A stretch of DNA of 48,973 nucleotides from Victivallales bacterium (GCA_003245525.1 QKCY01000601.1:1-48973), one strand, 5' to 3'; counted from the stretch's first letter, positions 28,239 to 36,694 are shown. Translations and numbers: made by a program. The notes: generated from the letters alone by a model not told the origin.

Positions 28239-29236
28239 GCTTCGTCCTCCTCGCTCTTTCGTTCCTCCCGCACGAAGCGGTAGTCGCAGACCCGGTTGCA
28301 CTGGCCGCAGTAGATGCAGCTCGATCCATCCACCTCGCCCCGGTCCAGCGCCCCCATTGGGCAGGTGGTGTCGCAGGTGCCGCAGTTCGTGCAGGGCGTC
28401 GTCTTGCGCACCCGGATGGGGCTGAACTTGGTCAGCCAACCCAGCGCGCCGCCCATGGGACAGAGATAGCGGCACCAGGCCATGGGCACGATCAGCGCCC
28501 CGGCCAGCACCGCCGCCAGGGAGACGGCGCTGGAATAGTCGATCTCGTCCCCGAAGAACGTACACCAGGGGCTGGTCACGAAGACCCCAATCACCGAGAG
28601 CCCCAGCCAAAGGACGACGGAGACGTACTTCACCCCCTTGAACCGCCGGTCGTGCAGCTCGAAGGGCAGCACCGCCGCCAGGAAAAGCAGCAGGGACGCG
28701 CCCCACATGGCCGCGATGTTCTCCGAGAAGAACTGCGTGCCGGGCCGCACCAGCCAGGCAAACCAGGTCACGACCACCAGCACGCCCGCCAGCATCAAAT
28801 AGCCCGCGATCAGCCGGCGCCCCTTGGGCAATCGCTGGCGCAGGCGGGCCGGTATACTCAAAAGTTCACTGAAGAGTCCCAAGGGACAGAGCCAACCGCA
28901 GAATAATCGGCCGAAGGCCAGGGTCAGCGAAACGAGCAGGACGAACATGCAGAGATGGCCAAAGGCCACGATATCGTTCCGCCCCACCTTGTTCAGCGCG
29001 AAGATCCAGCCCCGCAACATGCAGAGGCAGCGGTGCAGGAAGAGGATGAAGACGAAGGCTGCGGTGATCTGGCAGGCCCGCCGCCAGAGCTGCACGTGCT
29101 TGCCGCGATGCAGCAGCACGTGGGCGGCAATCAGAATGCCGAAGAAGATCACGAACGGCGCGGCGTCGATCCAGAATCCCTGGATCGGCAACAGGGCCTG
29201 TTTGGTGATCTTGAAGAGAGGAACGTCGATTCTCAT
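28235..29236 (-). CDS. Membrane 4Fe-4S binding protein (NapH/MauN/RdxA-like polyferredoxin)
   Basis: FCGWLCPLG and WCRYLCPMG motifs, CTNCGTCDTTCP and CIYCGQCNRVC clusters, multiple TM helices. Confidence 0.85.
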   Translation of the reverse strand: MRIDVPLFKITKQALLPIQGFWIDAAPFVIFFGILIAAHVLLHRGKHVQLWRRACQITAAFVFILFLHRCLCMLRGWIFALNKVGRNDIVAFGHLCMFVLLVSLTLAFGRLFCGWLCPLGLFSELLSIPARLRQRLPKGRRLIAGYLMLAGVLVVVTWFAWLVRPGTQFFSENIAAMWGASLLLFLAAVLPFELHDRRFKGVKYVSVVLWLGLSVIGVFVTSPWCTFFGDEIDYSSAVSLAAVLAGALIVPMAWCRYLCPMGGALGWLTKFSPIRVRKTTPCTNCGTCDTTCPMGALDRGEVDGSSCIYCGQCNRVCDYRFVREERKSEEDEA

Positions 29237-30297
29237 GCAGACGGGTCCTTGTCGAGAGCCATCAGATGGAGGCGGTCGGCGGGCAAGGACAGCCGGACCG
29301 TCTCGCCCAGGGTGAGACGCAGTCCCGCGACCACGCTCTCCGGCAGATTCACCTCGAAACGCCCCGCCGCCGTGTCCACGTCGAGCAAGGTATTGAAGCC
29401 CAGATCGCGCAGACCGGCCAGACGACCCGTCAGCGTGTTCGGCGCATCCTCGGTGCTCCGGGTCAGCAGGATATCGTCGGGGCGTACGCAGAAGGCCACG
29501 GGACCGCCCAACCCCTGCGGATTGGCGGCGGCCAGAACGACGCCTTCGGCCAGAGTCACCTGATCGCCGGCGACCGTAGCCTGTTTCACGTTCGAGACGC
29601 CGAGGAAGTCGGCGACAAAGGCATTGGCGGGATGGCGGAAGACCTCGCCCACGGAGCCGACCTGTTCCAGGCGGCCTTCGCGCATGACGCCCACCCGGTC
29701 AGCCAGGGCCGTCGCCTCGGAATAGTGGTGGGTCACGTGGATCACGGGCACGCCGAGCTCCTCGGTAATGCGAGGCAGGACCGCGATCACCTTCTCCCGC
29801 GCCCGCTGATCCAGCGAGGACAGGGGTTCGTCCAGCAGGAGCACCTCGGGACGAATCGCCAGAGCACGGGCCAATGCCACCTTCTGGGCCTCGCCACCGC
29901 TCAGGGAGGACGGCGTCCGCCGCCCGGCCAAGTCCTCGATGCCGAAGAGCGCGATCATCTCGTCGATCCGCTGTTCCCGTTCCGCCTTGGCGAGCTTGGT
30001 GTAGCGCAGGCCAAAGCCGATGTTGGTGCGGACCGAGAGATGGGGGAAAAGCGCGTATTGCTGGTAGACCAGCCCCACCCGCCGCCGTTCGGGCGGCAGT
30101 TGGGTCACGTCGCGTTCCCGGATGGAGATGCGCCCCCGCTTCACCGCATAGAGACCGGCGATGGTTTCGAGCAGGAGGGTCTTCCCCGAGCCGCAGGGGC
30201 CGAGGATCACGAAATACTCGCTGCCGTTGACTTCGAGCGAGACGTCCTTGAGCGAAAAGCCGCCCCAGGCACGGGAGAGTCGGTCCACGCGGATCAT
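29233..30297 (-). CDS. ABC transporter ATP-binding protein, ModC/WtpC-like with TOBE-type C-terminus
   Basis: Walker A GPCGSGKT, YQQYALFPHL, LSGGEAQKVALARAL, LLLDEP, VTHH, FVADFLG. Confidence 0.88.
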   Translation of the reverse strand: MIRVDRLSRAWGGFSLKDVSLEVNGSEYFVILGPCGSGKTLLLETIAGLYAVKRGRISIRERDVTQLPPERRRVGLVYQQYALFPHLSVRTNIGFGLRYTKLAKAEREQRIDEMIALFGIEDLAGRRTPSSLSGGEAQKVALARALAIRPEVLLLDEPLSSLDQRAREKVIAVLPRITEELGVPVIHVTHHYSEATALADRVGVMREGRLEQVGSVGEVFRHPANAFVADFLGVSNVKQATVAGDQVTLAEGVVLAAANPQGLGGPVAFCVRPDDILLTRSTEDAPNTLTGRLAGLRDLGFNTLLDVDTAAGRFEVNLPESVVAGLRLTLGETVRLSLPADRLHLMALDKDPSA

Positions 30298-31568
30298 CGG
30301 CCGATCCTCCTCTCCCCGAAGATGGGGCCAAGCGTCGCGGTCTGCAGCCAACGGAGTAGCAGGAAACCCCACAGACAGACGATCACCAGCAACACCGCCG
30401 CCGGACGCGCCTCCTGCAAGCCGTACTGCACGAACATGTCATAGGTGTAGACCGAGACCGTGAAGGGATGGTAGGCGATCACCATCAGGCTGCCCACCTC
30501 CGAAATGGCCCGCGCCCAACAGAGGATGCAACCCGTGAAGATGCCCCCCGACGCCAGCGGCAAACTCACCCGGAAGAAGGTGCTGAGAGGTCCCGCACCG
30601 AGCGTCCGGCTGACGTTCTCCAGGGCAGGCCCCATGTCCCGGAACGCATTGGCCGCGCTGCGGATCAGGAAAGGCGAACTGACGAAGACCTGGCAGAGCA
30701 CGATCCCCAGCATGCTGCCGGAGACCTCGATCCCGAGGCGCTGATCGAGCCACGCACCCACCGGGGTTTTCGGCCCCAGTAGCACCATGATGGCGATACC
30801 CGCCACCGACTGGGGAATCACGATGGGCAAATCGATCAGGCTCTCGATGAATCCCTTGCCCTTGAAGTCCAGCCGCACCACCGCATAGGCCAGCGGCACC
30901 CCGAACACCAGCACCACCACCGTCGAGATGGTGGCCGACAGCAGACTCGTACGCAACGCTCCCCGGAAAGCCGAATCACCCATGCTGTTCAGCAGGGTCT
31001 GCGGGGTCACTTGGAAGCAGAGATAGAGCAACGGCAGCATGATCGCGAAGATCAGCAGGAAACCGAAGCCCAGACAGAACAGGTGGAACCGCTTCGTCCG
31101 CTGGGGCCAGATCGGCGCGATAATGGTGAACAGCAGACAAGCCAGGAGGGTCGTCTGAATCCAGTAGGGCGTGACGAAGACGATGGAAACAACGAGAATC
31201 AGCAGATAGCCCAGCAGCAACGGCGTCCGGAACATCGCCGCATAGAGCATCCCGAAGGTGGCGAAGAGCAACGGCGAACGGGCCACGGGCACGAAGAGCA
31301 GGAAGATCACGAAGAACCCGGTCAGGTACAGGTTCTGCCGCCGCTGGCCGAACTCCTCCCGGATGCGGAACGCCTGCCACACCGCGAAGGAGTCCGTACA
31401 CGCGAGCACCGCGCCCGTGCCCAGATCCAAGAGTCCCAGAAGAATGGCCGCCACATGGGCGAGCAGAACCCCGCCCGAGACGAGGTTGCCCCGGTTCAGC
31501 AATCGTTGTTCAGCCAAAGGTATGCTCCTGGGCGGATGCGGTTGTATCGACCGTACCGTATTGAGCAT
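30294..31568 (-). CDS. Molybdate/tungstate ABC permease (ModB/WtpB-like) with extra N-terminal TM region
   Basis: GVPLAY...DFKGKGFIESLIDLPIVIPQSVAGIA, FVSSPF, LENVSRTLGA, WARAISEVG; start codon uncertain. Confidence 0.82.
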   Translation of the reverse strand: MLNTVRSIQPHPPRSIPLAEQRLLNRGNLVSGGVLLAHVAAILLGLLDLGTGAVLACTDSFAVWQAFRIREEFGQRRQNLYLTGFFVIFLLFVPVARSPLLFATFGMLYAAMFRTPLLLGYLLILVVSIVFVTPYWIQTTLLACLLFTIIAPIWPQRTKRFHLFCLGFGFLLIFAIMLPLLYLCFQVTPQTLLNSMGDSAFRGALRTSLLSATISTVVVLVFGVPLAYAVVRLDFKGKGFIESLIDLPIVIPQSVAGIAIMVLLGPKTPVGAWLDQRLGIEVSGSMLGIVLCQVFVSSPFLIRSAANAFRDMGPALENVSRTLGAGPLSTFFRVSLPLASGGIFTGCILCWARAISEVGSLMVIAYHPFTVSVYTYDMFVQYGLQEARPAAVLLVIVCLWGFLLLRWLQTATLGPIFGERRIGR

Positions 31569-31753
31569 ACTTTGCCACCGATTCGCCGACGACGAAAAAA
31601 GTGTGAAGATTCTTTGAAATGCCTCCTTCGCCAATCGCAATTTCCTGGCGGTTCCCCCGCCTCTCCACCATGGTAGAACCGTGCCAGTATGAAATCATCC
31701 CGGGCCAATCAGCCGGCAGCTTGCGGGCGGAGCCGGGTCACACGAGGTCCCCC

Positions 31754-32275
31754 ATGCCCTTCTGCTTGCTGCGGTCAATCCTGTATCTGGCTCTTGGGGT
31801 CTGCCTGGTTTCCTGCGGTCCCTCCGCCGACCAGGGAACGGCCTGCGAGAAGACGCCCCGCCTGGCCAGCCTGGTTGGCCAGCAGCTGGGCTCTCCGGAA
31901 GCCCCGGTACAGGTGGTGACCTTCCTGCCCGTGAACAACGGCTGCCAGGACGTGATCGGCGAGTATCTGGCCCAAGTGGCCGAGCGTTTCCCCGCCGTCT
32001 TCCAGGTGCGCATCCTGGCCATGAAGAGCCCGGACGCCAAGGAATTGATGGACGCCCACGAGATCCACTGCGCGGCGGTCATGGTCAACGGCAAGACCAC
32101 CTTTGATCTTGGCGGCGAAGAGGGCAAGTTCATCCTGGAAGGCCCCATGGACCCCCGGGATGTGGTCCGCGCCCTGAATGCCGCCGCCCGCGCCGCCGTG
32201 GGCGACCAGGCTCCCCAACTCCCTGCGCCCCCCGAACAGCCGGGTATCGAGAACATGCCCAAGAGGACATTCTGA
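31754..32275 (+). CDS. Thioredoxin-like fold lipoprotein (hypothetical)
   Basis: Lipobox LVSC; GSPEAPVQVV...GC...HCAAVMVNGK pattern of the Trx/DsbA fold; GAGG upstream; paralog of 34525. Confidence 0.65.
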   Translation: MPFCLLRSILYLALGVCLVSCGPSADQGTACEKTPRLASLVGQQLGSPEAPVQVVTFLPVNNGCQDVIGEYLAQVAERFPAVFQVRILAMKSPDAKELMDAHEIHCAAVMVNGKTTFDLGGEEGKFILEGPMDPRDVVRALNAAARAAVGDQAPQLPAPPEQPGIENMPKRTF

Positions 32276-33696
32276 TGCGCCGCTTTGCCCTGCTGCTCTG
32301 GCTGTGCCTGCTGGCCGGGACGCTCCCGGCTGCCGGTCCCTCTTTGCGCCTGTACGGCCACGTGCAGCAGGCTGTCACCAAGTCCGCCATTGCCAAGGGC
32401 GAAATCGAACTCCGCCTGCCGGGACACGAGGACACCTTCGCCTCCCGCACCGTCCCCCTGCGCGAGGATGGCACCTACGAACTGCTGCTGCCTTTCGCCG
32501 ATCTGCCCGAGAAACCCGGCGACCTGACCCTGAGCGCCCTGGCCGAGGGTTTCGAGACCAAGGAGGTGCCGCTAGTCTTCCCGGAAGGCGTGGGGATGCC
32601 CGAAGAGCTGAAGGTCAACTTCGTCCTGGCCGCCTCCACCCTGGACGGGGTGCTGGACATCTTTTCCTGCTGCGTGCTGAGCTGGTCGGTGCTGACCGTC
32701 ATGCTGCCCGCCTTCCTGCTGGGCGCGGCCATCACCGCCTTCGTGCCCAGCCACGCCCTGCTGCGCTGGCTGGGGCCCGCCGCCCCCAAACCCCTGGCCT
32801 ACGGGGCAGCCATCAGCAGCGGCATGGTCCTCAGCCTCTGTTCCTGCAATGTGGTACCGCTATTCGTGAGCATCTGGGCCGGCGGCGCGGGCATCGGCCC
32901 CGCCTTCGCCTTCCTCTATGCCGGACCGGCCATCAACCTGGTGGCCATCGCCTTCACCTGCCGGGTGATCGGGACGGGCATCGGATTCTTCCGGGTGATT
33001 GCCGTCGCCGTGATCTCCCTGATCGTGGGTCTGCTCATGGCCCGGATCTTCGGCGAACGCCAGGACCACAAGCCGCCCACCACCGATCTGGGCAGCATCT
33101 CGATGGGACCCTCCGGGCGGGTCACCACCGCGATTCTCGGCCTGCTCCTCTACCTGCTGGTTGCCAATTCCTTCCACTTTGGCCTGACCACGAATCTCCT
33201 GCTTGCCGCCCCCGGCGTAATAGCACTGATCGTGGTATGCTTCATCGGCCTGCGCCGTGACCACGTGGAACTCTGGGCACGGGAGACCTGGCGGCTGCTG
33301 ATGAAGGTGATTCCCATTCTCATCCCCGCCGTGCTCATCATCGGCTTCGCCGCCCAGCACGTGCCGCTGACCGCCACCCGTTGGCTGAGCGGCTCGAACG
33401 GGATCATGCGCAACTTCGTGGCGGCCCTTTTCGGTTCCCTCATGTACTTCCCGATCCTCACCGAAGTCCCCTTCGTCAAGACCATGCTCAAGGTCATGGG
33501 CATGGGCATCGGCCCCGGCATGGCCCTCCTCCTGACCGCCCCCGGCCTCAGTTTGCCGGGCATGATTATCGTCAGCCGGGAAATCGGCTGGAAACGTCTG
33601 TCCGTCTATGTGGTCTGTATCGTCCTGTTGGCCACGCTTACCGGTTGGTTCTTCGGTTCGGAATGGGGTGCCTACATATGCAACTGCCAGCTCTGA
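32275..33696 (+). CDS. DUF318/ArsP-type permease with N-terminal exported domain
   Basis: PAFLLGAAI, LSLCSCNVVPLF, GAGIGPAFAFLYAGPAIN, MYFPILTEVP, GPGMALLLTAPGLSLP; signal peptide and ~110-aa soluble N-domain. Confidence 0.85.
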   Translation: MRRFALLLWLCLLAGTLPAAGPSLRLYGHVQQAVTKSAIAKGEIELRLPGHEDTFASRTVPLREDGTYELLLPFADLPEKPGDLTLSALAEGFETKEVPLVFPEGVGMPEELKVNFVLAASTLDGVLDIFSCCVLSWSVLTVMLPAFLLGAAITAFVPSHALLRWLGPAAPKPLAYGAAISSGMVLSLCSCNVVPLFVSIWAGGAGIGPAFAFLYAGPAINLVAIAFTCRVIGTGIGFFRVIAVAVISLIVGLLMARIFGERQDHKPPTTDLGSISMGPSGRVTTAILGLLLYLLVANSFHFGLTTNLLLAAPGVIALIVVCFIGLRRDHVELWARETWRLLMKVIPILIPAVLIIGFAAQHVPLTATRWLSGSNGIMRNFVAALFGSLMYFPILTEVPFVKTMLKVMGMGIGPGMALLLTAPGLSLPGMIIVSREIGWKRLSVYVVCIVLLATLTGWFFGSEWGAYICNCQL

Positions 33697-34496
33697 TCTC
33701 CCGTGTCTCCCTCGCGGCCGCCGCTCTCTTCCTGGCCGGCTGCGGCAAACAGGCGGAGACCGCCGCCCCCAGCTCGCTGCTGGTCCTGGTCCCCTGCGGC
33801 ATGGAACGGCCCTTCGACGAGTTGGCCACGGTCTTCGAGCAGAAGCACCCCGGCCTCGATGTGCGGATCGAACTCGAAGTGGCCCATGCCATGGCCAAAC
33901 GGGTGATCGACGGGGCCCGCCCCGACGTGGTAGTTTCCCCTGGCGGGGTCGAGCTTGAACCGCTGATTGACGGCAACTTCGTCGCCCAGGATGCGCCGGT
34001 CCGGTTCGGGGTCTACGACCTGATGCTCTTCACCCCCCGCGCCAACGAGGGCAAGGTCACCGACATGGAGAGCCTGCTGCAGGATTCGGTGAAGGTCATC
34101 GCCGTGGCCGATCCCGAGAAGACCTCCATCGGCCGGTTCACCAAGGAAGCCCTGGTGAAGAAGGGACTCTGGGACAAGCTCCAGAGCAAGATCGTCATCA
34201 CCGGCAGCGCCAGCGACACCTACGCCCATGTCTCCCGCGGCAAGGCCGATGCCAGCTTTGCCTACCGCTCCTGCCCGCTCAAGACCGCGCCCGACAAGCT
34301 GGAGTACTCCCGGGTACGGGTACTGGAGGAAGTCCCCCAGGATCTGTATGGTCCGGCCTATGCCACAGCTGCCGTCCTGACCCAGTCGCCGAACCCCGCC
34401 CTGGCGAAGGAATTCGTCGGCCTGCTCGTTTCCGACGAAGGACAGGGCATATTCCGCAAGTACGATCTGCCTTCCCTGGGGAAGGATGCGAAGTGA
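33678..34496 (+). CDS. Molybdate/tungstate-type ABC substrate-binding lipoprotein (ModA-like)
   Basis: Lipobox LAGC; FEQKHPG...GARPDVVVS, IAVADPEKTSIGR...EAL, VSRGKADASFAY, AKEFVGLLVSDEGQGIFRKY. Confidence 0.82.
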   Translation: MQLPALISRVSLAAAALFLAGCGKQAETAAPSSLLVLVPCGMERPFDELATVFEQKHPGLDVRIELEVAHAMAKRVIDGARPDVVVSPGGVELEPLIDGNFVAQDAPVRFGVYDLMLFTPRANEGKVTDMESLLQDSVKVIAVADPEKTSIGRFTKEALVKKGLWDKLQSKIVITGSASDTYAHVSRGKADASFAYRSCPLKTAPDKLEYSRVRVLEEVPQDLYGPAYATAAVLTQSPNPALAKEFVGLLVSDEGQGIFRKYDLPSLGKDAK

Positions 34497-34524
34497 CCCA
34501 CGTCAGCAACAGGAGACTTTCGCC

Positions 34525-35007
34525 ATGAACATCCGTACCACTAGCGCCTGGATTCTCGCCCTCGGCCTCGGCCTCGCCGTGACAGGCTGTGGCAAGAAGG
34601 AACAGACGGCCGATGTGGCCCCGCCCCAGGCCGAGACGGCCACCGATCCCGTCCAGTACTGCGACTTCGTCGGCGGTCCCGAGAATGCCCCCGTGCAAGT
34701 GGTTGGCTACTATCCCGGCGAGCACCCCGAGACCCTCGCGGTCCTCAAGGAACTGCTCACCAGCTATCCCGACAAGGTGCATGTGCAGATCGTCGACTGG
34801 CGCCGCGAGGAAGGCCGCAAGTTGCGCGACGCGGCGGGCCTGAGCTGCGCGGGCGTCACCATCAACGGCAACAACGTGCTGAAAATCGACCACGACGGCA
34901 AGGTTGACTCGGTGGCCTTCACCCGCGGCCTGACCAAGGGCGACTGGACCGTCGAGGATCTGAAGGCCGCCGTCGACCAGGAGCTGGCCAAGGCCGCCGC
35001 CCGATGA
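34525..35007 (+). CDS. Thioredoxin-like fold lipoprotein (hypothetical), paralog of 31754
   Basis: Lipobox VTGC; GGPENAPVQVV...SCAGVTINGN; AGGAG before ATG 34525. Confidence 0.7.
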   Translation: MNIRTTSAWILALGLGLAVTGCGKKEQTADVAPPQAETATDPVQYCDFVGGPENAPVQVVGYYPGEHPETLAVLKELLTSYPDKVHVQIVDWRREEGRKLRDAAGLSCAGVTINGNNVLKIDHDGKVDSVAFTRGLTKGDWTVEDLKAAVDQELAKAAAR

Positions 35008-35270
35008 GTGCGCCGGTCGAGCTGGTCCTGGTACACCGCGACCCGCCGTGCAAAAAATGCCTGACCACCAAGGCGATTCTGACCGAGGCCGCCGCCGAGA
35101 GCGGGGTCGAGACTAGCTTCCGCGAGGTCTTCATGGGCACCCCCGAAGCCGCCCCTTACGGGGTCGTCGTCAGTCCCATGGTCCTGATCAACGGCAAGGC
35201 CGCCTCGGCGGGCTTCACCCCCCTCAAGTCGGCACTAGTCAACGCGATCCGCAAGGAAGCCGGGGTCTAG
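35004..35270 (+). CDS. Small thioredoxin/glutaredoxin-like redox protein (MTH895/Thioredoxin_3 type)
   Basis: PPCKKC CxxC motif and YGVVVSPMVLINGK; ATGA overlap with the previous gene. Confidence 0.8.
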   Translation: MSAPVELVLVHRDPPCKKCLTTKAILTEAAAESGVETSFREVFMGTPEAAPYGVVVSPMVLINGKAASAGFTPLKSALVNAIRKEAGV

Positions 35271-35272
35271 GT

Positions 35273-35401
35273 AACCGCCAAGGCGCCAAGAACGCCAAGG
35301 AAAGACCAAGAAGAAACAAGAACGCGGCGTATGGCCCGCCTGCTGCGGGCCGTATGCCGCTTTTTCTTTGTCCTCTTGGCGTCCTTGGCGCCTTGGCGGT
35401 T
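35273..35401. repeat. ~130-bp long inverted repeat (MITE/REP-like hairpin)
   Basis: aaccgccaaggcgccaagaacgccaag ... cttggcgtccttggcgccttggcggtt outer arms; inner gcggcgtatggcccgc/gcgggccgtatgccgc. Confidence 0.85.
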
Positions 35402-35454
35402 CCCCCGGGTCGGACTATCTTTGTTCCCACACTCCGTCGCTGCCGGAACCCGTC

Positions 35455-36495
35455 ATGGAACGCCTTCACTACTTCATCCGCCGCCTGCTGCTGACGATTC
35501 CGACCTTTCTGGCGATCACCCTGCTCTGCTTCGGGATTGCCCAGTTGGTGCCGGGCGGGCCGGTGGAGCAGCTCACCCGCCAGATGATGGGGGGAGCGGG
35601 CACGGGCGAGTCGGGGCCGCTCTCCGCCGCCGGCCCCGCCGTCTCCGAGAAGCAGCGCGAGGAGATCCGCAAGTATTTCGAGTTCGACCGCCCGCTGGTC
35701 GTCCGCTACTACCACTGGCTGGTACGGGACCGCATCGGCATGCTGATGCCCTCCTTCAAGTACAAGAAACCCGCCTGGGAGGTCATCCAGCGGCGGTTGC
35801 CGGTCTCGCTGGTCTTTGGGCTAACCGGGTTCCTGCTCTCCTATCTGGTCTGCATCCCGCTGGGCATCTCCAAGGCACTCCGCCACGGGAGCCCCTTCGA
35901 CATGGCTTCCAGCACCGTGGTCTTCGTCGGCTATGCGGTTCCCGCCTTCGCCTTCGGCATGGTGCTCAAGATGCTTCTCTGCGGCACCACGGAAGGCCTC
36001 TGGAACCTCTTTCCCATCGGCGGATTCCATTCCGACAACTTCGACACCCTGCCCTTCTGGCAGCAGGTGCATGACATCGCGGCCCACATGGCTCTCCCCC
36101 TGCTATGCTACGTCATCGGCAACTTCGCCGTGCTGACCCTGATGATGAAGAACTCGCTGCTGGAGCAGATCGGTGCCGACTACGTGCGTACCGTCTACGC
36201 CAAGGGCGGCAGCTCCGCCCGCGCCATCTGGGGCCACGCCCTGCGCAACGCCCTGATCCCCATCGCCACCGGGTTCGGCAGCATCTTCACCGTCATGTTC
36301 GCGGGATCGGTCATCATCGAACGGCTCTTCGACATCCCCGGCATGGGCCGACTCAGCCTGGACGCCATCGGCAGCCGCGACTACGCCGTCTTCATGGGCA
36401 TCGTCGCCCTCACCTCCATCCTCGGCCTGATCGGCAACATCTTCTCCGACTTCTGCTACGTCCTCATCGATCCCCGGATCGACTTCGAGAAGTAG
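35455..36495 (+). CDS. Peptide ABC transporter permease (YejB/OppB/DppB family)
   Basis: YFIRRLLLTIPTFLAIT, QLVPGGPVEQ, RLPVSL, MKNSLLEQIGADYVRT, HALRNALIP, GSVIIERLF, IDPRIDF. Confidence 0.9.
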   Translation: MERLHYFIRRLLLTIPTFLAITLLCFGIAQLVPGGPVEQLTRQMMGGAGTGESGPLSAAGPAVSEKQREEIRKYFEFDRPLVVRYYHWLVRDRIGMLMPSFKYKKPAWEVIQRRLPVSLVFGLTGFLLSYLVCIPLGISKALRHGSPFDMASSTVVFVGYAVPAFAFGMVLKMLLCGTTEGLWNLFPIGGFHSDNFDTLPFWQQVHDIAAHMALPLLCYVIGNFAVLTLMMKNSLLEQIGADYVRTVYAKGGSSARAIWGHALRNALIPIATGFGSIFTVMFAGSVIIERLFDIPGMGRLSLDAIGSRDYAVFMGIVALTSILGLIGNIFSDFCYVLIDPRIDFEK

Positions 36496-36694
36496 CCATC
36501 CCGATCACGCCTTCCCCGTGGCCGGAACGTCCTCGTTCCGGGCCTTCCCCACCGGAGCCAGCGGCTCCGGCCACGGAATGCCTGGTGTCGGCGCTGGCAT
36601 CGGCGGGGCGATCCCCTATTGTACCGACTTCGCCACCGGCCACCCGGCCGGGGCAATGCGAGGATTCCTTCCGCACTACGGAGGCGATGTTCCC

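Noticed and set aside
28239-28706. Longer start for the beta-propeller ORF
   Set aside because: It overlaps the polyferredoxin gene; ATG 28238 has an RBS, a signal peptide and an ATGA coupling.
31569-31753. Moco/Wco riboswitch or ModE box in the divergent gap
   Set aside because: No recognisable conserved structure or ModE consensus by eye; an Rfam/Infernal scan would be needed.
31754-35270. Selenocysteine (UGA) read-through in the Cys-rich cluster
   Set aside because: The TGA codons at 32273, 33694, 34494 and 35005 fall at natural protein ends, mostly overlapping the next gene; none aligns with a Cys motif.
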